IMG/VR virus record: IMGVR_UViG_3300027419_000008
Span: 1-44,380 of that record
DNA length: 44,380 nucleotides
Reading direction: 5' to 3' (one strand)
Origin: a virus
Lineage: Duplodnaviria; Caudoviricetes
Notes under the pieces: generated by a model
What the model was told of the DNA's origin: nothing
The model's database searches: none
The model's input: only the letters and a program-made list of their open reading frames with translations
Part shown: one piece after another, positions 38,907 to 44,380 of the stretch
How positions within the stretch are numbered: position 1 is the first letter of the stretch
How the letters are laid out: the number at the start of each line of letters is the position of its first letter
Made by a program: the position numbers and the translations under genes

Positions 38907-39276
38907 ATAAACTCCTAATTTATCGGAACTATTCTCGGTTTCAATATACTATTATCGTCTGCCATCTTAGCCTTGTCAGCAAACTTAAATATCGTTACTA
39001 ACCTATTGTCACAAACATGACTTTCACATTGCAATACCTGAATTTCCATACTGTTTCCAAATAACTGCAACCTCGCAGCGTAATCGTCAAACTTCTCGTC
39101 AATGCCTTAATTAAATATCTTCATCTCTAACATCATCTCTTTTTTTCCTAATTCTGGTTGATATTTGTCGTTAATCTCAAAAGTAGTATATACTGGGACG
39201 AAGGGTATTCGTTCTGCAAGCCCCACCCCACTTGGGGGGTCATAGGGGGTCTGTTTTAAATTAAAGTTGATTGATT

Positions 39277-39639
39277 TTATATACATATATAGTTCTCTTC
39301 TTTGTCTTTGACATAATCAATATCGCCAGGTAGCGTAACGCGGTTGGCTATGTAACCGTTGAGCTTGAGCTCTTGAGCGTCCATGTATGAGCCATGATTA
39401 AGCTTACCTTTAATGTCGTTAATCTTAAGACTTAGGCAGTGTAAACATTGACAATCGTCTTGACCATAATTAGCCGGCAGTCGATTGCTTACCGTATCAA
39501 TTGGCGTATCTGATACGCTAACTACATCATTGATTGATACGCTAAGACCTCTATTGTAGTCTAATTTACACTTATCACTACAGTATTTGGCCGTTGACCT
39601 GACCGCCTCAAACTCTTTACCACAATTCAAACACTTCAT
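39277..39639 (-). CDS. Zinc-finger protein (CxxC...YCSxxC)
   Basis: MKCLNCGKEF......KYCSDKC, plus a second CQCLHC. Confidence 0.6.
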   Translation of the reverse strand: MKCLNCGKEFEAVRSTAKYCSDKCKLDYNRGLSVSINDVVSVSDTPIDTVSNRLPANYGQDDCQCLHCLSLKINDIKGKLNHGSYMDAQELKLNGYIANRVTLPGDIDYVKDKEENYICI

Positions 39640-39677
39640 TTTTCTACCCTTTCATTTTTAAATTTATTTAGCGCAAC

Positions 39678-40103
39678 TCACCCCTGTAACAACCTGATTT
39701 TAGCTATTCTTTCGGCTTCCGCACGCTTGTTTTCGTCGATATAAGTCTTTGATTCATCAATGTTTATAACTTTGTCGCTAAACATCGCTTTATGCTTCCC
39801 TAGGAGCTCCAATGCGCCTTTGATATTAGTACGGTCGTTTGCATCCTCACTCATCTCCAGTAGCTTAATCATTTTTTGGCGCACAAAATCAACTGTGTAA
39901 TCAGTTTTTAAGTTAGAGGCAGCGTTAATACGCGCCACCGCCTCTTTAACCCTAACATTATCAAATAGTTTTAATCCAACATTACTATTGGCATAAGTTG
40001 TTTTATAACCAACACTTAAAAGGGCTTCAACTTTTTTATAACCATTAGTCATATAAGCGCTTGCGATTGCGTTTGCTTTTTCTTGCGACAATATGTTAGC
40101 CAT
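39678..40103 (-). CDS. terS: Terminase small subunit
   Basis: EAL..VGY...A....KL...VK, ALELLGKH..MF.D. Confidence 0.8.
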   Translation of the reverse strand: MANILSQEKANAIASAYMTNGYKKVEALLSVGYKTTYANSNVGLKLFDNVRVKEAVARINAASNLKTDYTVDFVRQKMIKLLEMSEDANDRTNIKGALELLGKHKAMFSDKVINIDESKTYIDENKRAEAERIAKIRLLQG

Positions 40104-40380
40104 AATTATTTACTCTTACGACTAAAATTATAATTAACGTCTACTACTTTGATTTGTTTATTGGATTCAGGTTTTTTAGTTGTATTTTGCTGTTTGCCGG
40201 CCACACCGCAAACTAACAATAAACTAACGTTGACTGGCCAAAACTGTATCATTATTTATCCCTTATCTGTTGGCATTGCCTGTTTTTTTAGGCTTATCAA
40301 ACATCTTTTCGCCAAAACTATTCTTTATCTTTTTTGTCATATATACGCCATATATAGATTATCGATACCTGTATATACGT

Positions 40381-40553
40381 ATTATATCTGATTTTGTTTA
40401 TTTGTCAACTATTTATTTTTATTTAAGACTTGTTAAAAGTTTGCAATTAATTGCCAATAATTATTTTACGCAAGTCTTTTATTTATAACTATTTATAAAA
40501 TTATAAGATTTTTATTAAATTATGCTTGACATTGTGTCGATGTATGTTATAGT
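40381..40553. promoter_or_regulatory. Divergent promoter pair
   Basis: Leftward TTGACA (40408-40403)-16-TATAAT (40386-40381) toward terS. Rightward TTGACA (40526)-16-TGnTATAGT (40548). Confidence 0.75.
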
Positions 40554-40605
40554 GATATTTGTAGTGGATCATTTAATATTAACTTTTAATTTTAAGGAGA
40601 TTATA

Positions 40606-41234
40606 ATGTCAAATTTACATAACATGCAATGGCCAATATTGCGATTAGACTCTTATGGCAGACTACACGACGAGCAAGGTTGCGCTCAATACAATTTGGC
40701 ACCAGTGTTTAAAAATTGGCGAGAAGCGGAACAATGGTTAATCGACAACGACGCACGGGGCACAGTCGAGTCGTTGCCATTTATTAAAAAATCAACTGAA
40801 GCGCTATTAGCACAAGGTGTGCAATTTTAAAGGAGAGTTAAAAATGGATACGACACAAAAAAATGAAATCGCAAACAAATTAGCACAGGCTTTTGGCGGC
40901 AATGCTAAGGTTTGGACAGGTGGCAATACGGTACGAGTATATGTGCAAGGATTTGCAACTATTATGGATGACGGCACAGTCAATATAGACGCCGTAAAAC
41001 GCTCTGATTTTGGCCCGATGAAAGCAGCCTGTGAAACTATTAATGTTAAATATACGAGATAATTTAAGGAGACAAAAAATGGAAACTAAACAACACAAAA
41101 ACAACTGCAAATGTGCCTATTGCGTCAACGGGCACGATACTAGACCGGAACGTCATAGCGGTCAAGACATTGCAACCGACGACGTTCTGCGCGATATGGC
41201 CATTGATGATGCAATGGATGAAATTGATGATTAA
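40606..41234 (+). other. Three small + strand genes (40606-40830, 40844-41062, 41079-41234)
   Basis: Each is preceded by a strong AAGGAG SD; the block has its own promoter and terminator. Confidence 0.7.
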
Positions 41235-41261
41235 CCCCTATTAACTTTTAAAAGACTTCAC

Positions 41262-41288
41262 GGCCTGTTTAATCGCAGGCCTTTTTTT
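41262..41288 (+). terminator. Intrinsic terminator
   Basis: GGCCTG-TTTAATCG-CAGGCC-T7. Confidence 0.8.
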
Positions 41289-41395
41289 ATTCTGTTTCCA
41301 TATAGCGTAATTCTGGCGATACTTTGCCTCTTTTGTCGTTACTATCTCAAAAAATCTGTTGTTCTGTTGCATAAAAAATCTGGTCAGGTATATTG

Positions 41396-41638
41396 TTACA
41401 TACCTTTAGGACGATTATCAAGACCTTTTTCTTTGAGTATTTCCGCTATATCGTCCATACACAAACAATCACACAAGCAAGCACAGGGTTGACCTGTACT
41501 AATTGGTGCAATATAACCATTGCAAAAATCATTGCCAGGCGTCGCGTTATACAGCACGCCAAAAGCAGTTATCCTTCCGTCCGAAATCTGTATGATTGTA
41601 TCGCCGTTTTTCGCTTCTTTGCCATTTCTGTAGTGCAT
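41396..41638 (-). CDS. Conserved-looking small phage protein
   Basis: MHYRNGKEAKNGD...; SD AAAGGA. Confidence 0.6.
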   Translation of the reverse strand: MHYRNGKEAKNGDTIIQISDGRITAFGVLYNATPGNDFCNGYIAPISTGQPCACLCDCLCMDDIAEILKEKGLDNRPKGM

Positions 41639-41932
41639 AAAATTTCCTTTAATTTAAAACTTAAAAAGGCAATGCGCCAAACGACCGCAAGGCCATCGTT
41701 TTCACAGTTATTACCATAAAAGGATTAAAAGTCAAGCAAATAATAACCCTATTTTAGTTTTTTTGTGCCTTTGGCCTAATTTTCTTAATTCTCGTGCTGT
41801 TTCATTGTTAATATGCATAAAATAGAGTTTTTCCTGACTGTCGCACGGATTAAATTCTAAATTGTAAGCTGATATTATTTCTGTTAATCGCATAATCTTA
41901 AATTCCTTTTAATAAAACTGTTGTATTTTTAA

Positions 41933-42186
41933 ACGACTGCGCCAGAGGGAGAGAGGGAGCAGAACAAGGCCTTGTAAAAAGCCTCGTTTGCGTCGTCGGT
42001 CGGTCGGTCGCTTTCATCGAGCTGTATGATTGCCATTTTGCTGGTTATTTACGCAGCCGCTTCTTTAAGTCCATACAGAGGAGCGCGGATAAAAATCCGG
42101 CATACAATAGGCATTGTACGTCTTTAATAACATAAGCTGTTCAGTCGCCGCTTATTAACGCCGTTTTATCACTCCGTAGAGCAATC
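41933..42186 (-). ncRNA. GC-rich multi-hairpin non-coding element (structured RNA or origin)
   Basis: No ORF in the track. Stems CGTACAAT/ATTGTATG, CGGAT/ATCCG, CTGTATG/CATACAG, AACGAGGC/GCCTTGTT, and a long-range CGGCTGCG/CGCAGTCG pairing. Confidence 0.5.
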
Positions 42187-42716
42187 CACTATCTAAACGG
42201 CAAGACCCTTTGTTTGTTTTTTTTGTAATAAAATCCCTGTTCGTCAGTTATGGAGTTAAAAAAATAGCCGCATCCATCCGGCAAAGGATTAATACAGCTT
42301 TCAGTAATCCCTAACGTGCATTTTGTGCAGTCGTATTTCAAGCCTAAACGCTTCATATCAGCCATTTCCTGCTCTTTGCGTTTGTTGGCCTTGATTGCTT
42401 TTAACCGTTCTATCCCTTTGCTATCCAATTATAACTCCATATAAAAAAAACCTGCTTTCGATTGTTTGCAATCTAATTACGGGTTAATTCTTTCATTTTT
42501 TTTTTCGACCGCCCCAATACTCACGTTTACATTTTGGACATTTATAAATTCTAACAATAAAAGTATCCTTACATCCGTTATTAAACCATTTTTTAGTATT
42601 TTTGTAATCACCCACTTCTATATCTTTGATATATTCGCACTTTACGGGCGGGCAGGAACATTCGTAACAAAGGACAGGTTTTCTTTTTGTTGGTTCTCTC
42701 ATTTTTCTTCCGCGCA

Positions 42717-43004
42717 ATAAAAAAGCCAAACCTGCTGACATTTGCGAAGCGCCAGCAGATAAGGCTTATTGATAACAATAACAGATTGTAACGCTTTGCA
42801 TATCATATATACCTATATTATGCCCTATCATCTATCCTTTTGTCAAGCATTATTTTATTTTTTTTATTTTGCGATTTAACCAAATATTTTTGTGTTTGTA
42901 AGGCGTTTGTTTATAAGCATTTATAACTATTTTAATGACTATTTTAATAAATTTTAATAATTTTCTTATTTTTTACTTGTGTTATGTCGATGATACAGTA
43001 TAAT
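42717..43004. promoter_or_regulatory. Second divergent promoter region with a leftward attenuator-like leader
   Basis: Leftward TTGACA (42846-42841)-18-CATAAT, then terminator AAGCC..CTGCTG/CAGCAG..GGCTT-T-run. Rightward TATAAT at 42999. Confidence 0.6.
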
Positions 43005-43523
43005 ATGAAGCAGATTAATAAGTTAATAGCGAACTTTAATTTATGGAGTGAAAAAAAATGAACGAACAAGAAACACAAATTAAAATTATCGAGAATAAAA
43101 TCTCTTTGGAACAATCTGACATTTTGGCCTTAAAATACCTGCCGTGTTCGTCCAATCGTATTCGTCAAATTATTGAAGACCATCGAGATAGGGGCGGCAG
43201 AATCAGCCACTATCAGGCTAATATATTACTTGATATGTTATCGTAATCGTAATATTTAACCTTTTTTTGGAGAATGAAAAATGGAAAATGTAGATAAGAA
43301 AAGACGTATAAACGCATACAAAAATCCGATTTGGCTGATTAGCGGATGTAAAGAAAACGACCATAAAGTTTTTGTCCGTGGTGAAACCAACGACCCTGAA
43401 AAAGCCCATAATTGGTTTTATAGCCCATACAGACCGTCTATTAATTAGTTAATTTGAACTACCGCGTTTCACAGAGCGCGGGCTTATAGGCTAATAAAGA
43501 TAATGTTTTAAAGAAAGTGAGAT

Positions 43524-43808
43524 GTGAAAATGTACACGCAAGGAAAATGGAAAATGACTGGTATTGGCAATGTGAGAATAACTACCAACAATGGCGATAT
43601 GGTGGAGTATAACGTATTTAATAAAACTAATGCCAAAATTGGCGAATTAAGAGCAAACGCCCGTTTAATTGCAGCCGCTCCGGAATTACTCGAAGCGTGC
43701 AAAATAGCGTTGGGCAACTTTAAATTGGCCGAAAAAATGTTTGATATTGCCGCCCCAAAAACTGTCGCAGCATTAGAAAACGCAATCGCGCAAGCGGAAA
43801 GTGAGTAA
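43524..43808 (+). CDS. Phage hypothetical protein (ANARLIAAAPELLEA family)
   Basis: T.G.W...ANARLIAAAPELLEAC motif common in phage early regions. Confidence 0.65.
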   Translation: MKMYTQGKWKMTGIGNVRITTNNGDMVEYNVFNKTNAKIGELRANARLIAAAPELLEACKIALGNFKLAEKMFDIAAPKTVAALENAIAQAESE

Positions 43809-44047
43809 TAAAATGGTAACTTTTCTACAATTTAGAAGTAACGCTCTTGCGGTACTATCTCAAGATAAAACTATAAAATTTAACAGTGCAGAAGAAAAAG
43901 AGGAGTGGATAAGAAAAGAATATAATAGACATAAAGAAAATGAGGCAAGAAAATGAAAATCTTTAAACAAATATATAAACTCGTGTCCAGTCTTGCGGCT
44001 GGCTTAATGGCAACGGTTGGAATATGGAATGAAAGTGAGAAATAATT

Positions 44048-44380
44048 ATGAAATTAGACGTAATCAAACAACTTAAAGATTTGGAAAATTTCTGGGACAG
44101 TGAAAGAAACTGCTATTACTTTGAAGGCGCGGTAAAGTTTGAATGTAATATTTTTACCGATAAGTCTATCAAGGCCGGAGAGTATATCGAGGCCAGATGG
44201 TCTATCAAGGCCGGAGGGTATATCAAGGCCGGAGAGTCTATCGAGGCCGGAGAGTATATCGAGGCCGGAGGGTATATCAAGGCCGGAGGGTATATCAAGG
44301 CCGGAGGGTCTATCAAGGCCGGAGGGTCTATCAAGGCCGGAGGGTATATCAAGGCCGGAGGGTATATCAAGGCCGGAGAG
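44048..44380 (+). CDS. 5' part of junction-spanning hexapeptide-repeat protein
   Basis: ATG at 44048, MKLDVIKQLKDLENFWDSERNCYYFEGAVKFECNIFTDK, then (S/Y)I(K/E)AG(G/E) repeats, open to the end. Confidence 0.85.
   Translation, partial: MKLDVIKQLKDLENFWDSERNCYYFEGAVKFECNIFTDKSIKAGEYIEARWSIKAGGYIKAGESIEAGEYIEAGGYIKAGGYIKAGGSIKAGGSIKAGGYIKAGGYIKAGE
44165..44380 (+). repeat. 18-bp coding tandem repeat T(C/A)TATC(A/G)AGGCCGGAG(A/G)G, continuing to about position 120
   Basis: About 14 units across the circular junction. Confidence 0.92.

Noticed and set aside
40149-40488. Two + strand hydrophobic ORFs
   Set aside because: AT-rich promoter region with TTG starts and no SD; better explained as regulatory DNA and tiny - strand ORFs.
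44116-44370. Minus-strand ORF with IYPPAL repeats
   Set aside because: It is the antisense shadow of the 18-bp array. The + frame has a start and unique flanking domains on both sides.
44165-44380. CRISPR array or true terminal repeat
   Set aside because: The units are head-to-tail with no spacers and encode an in-frame hexapeptide. The 79-bp end identity is best explained as assembly overlap.
1-44380. Stop-codon reassignment
   Set aside because: Long genes are intact in code 11 and TAA, TGA and TAG all terminate genes. The nozzle splits change frame, so recoding cannot join them.
1-44380. Diversity-generating retroelement, retron, integrase or CRISPR-Cas
   Set aside because: No reverse transcriptase, recombinase or cas motif, and no TR/VR pair was seen.

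Overview
The window is an essentially complete ~44.3 kb tailed-phage genome, assembled as a circle. Bases 1-79 are identical to 44302-44380, and one ORF carrying an 18-bp tandem repeat runs across the join. The + strand arm (about 43058 through the junction to 15855) holds many small early genes. These include a YqaJ-type exonuclease, a Rad52/Sak-like annealase, SSB, a NinB-like protein, HNH proteins, a permuted NlpC/P60 enzyme, a prepilin-motif membrane protein, a lipoprotein and a PEP-CTERM protein. The - strand arm (40103 to 15844) is the virion module: TerS, a lambda-GpA-type TerL, a T7/BPP-1-like portal, scaffold, capsid, cement, tail adaptor, nozzle, GNAT and ejection proteins, and spike/adhesin-like genes. 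This is podovirus-like. I recognised no integrase, DNA or RNA polymerase, helicase or canonical endolysin. SSB style, PEP-CTERM and the prepilin motif suggest a Planctomycetota/PVC-type diderm host (inference). The most unusual points are: (1) four late-module proteins carry classical Sec signal peptides, one with a dual start; (2) the tail nozzle gene is split into three genes decorated with inserted modules; (3) there is a rich set of non-coding structured elements (a remodelled tRNA-like RNA, two paralogous attenuator-like leaders, two multi-stem RNAs, and anti-SD hairpins). All family calls come from motif recognition by eye, with no database searches.
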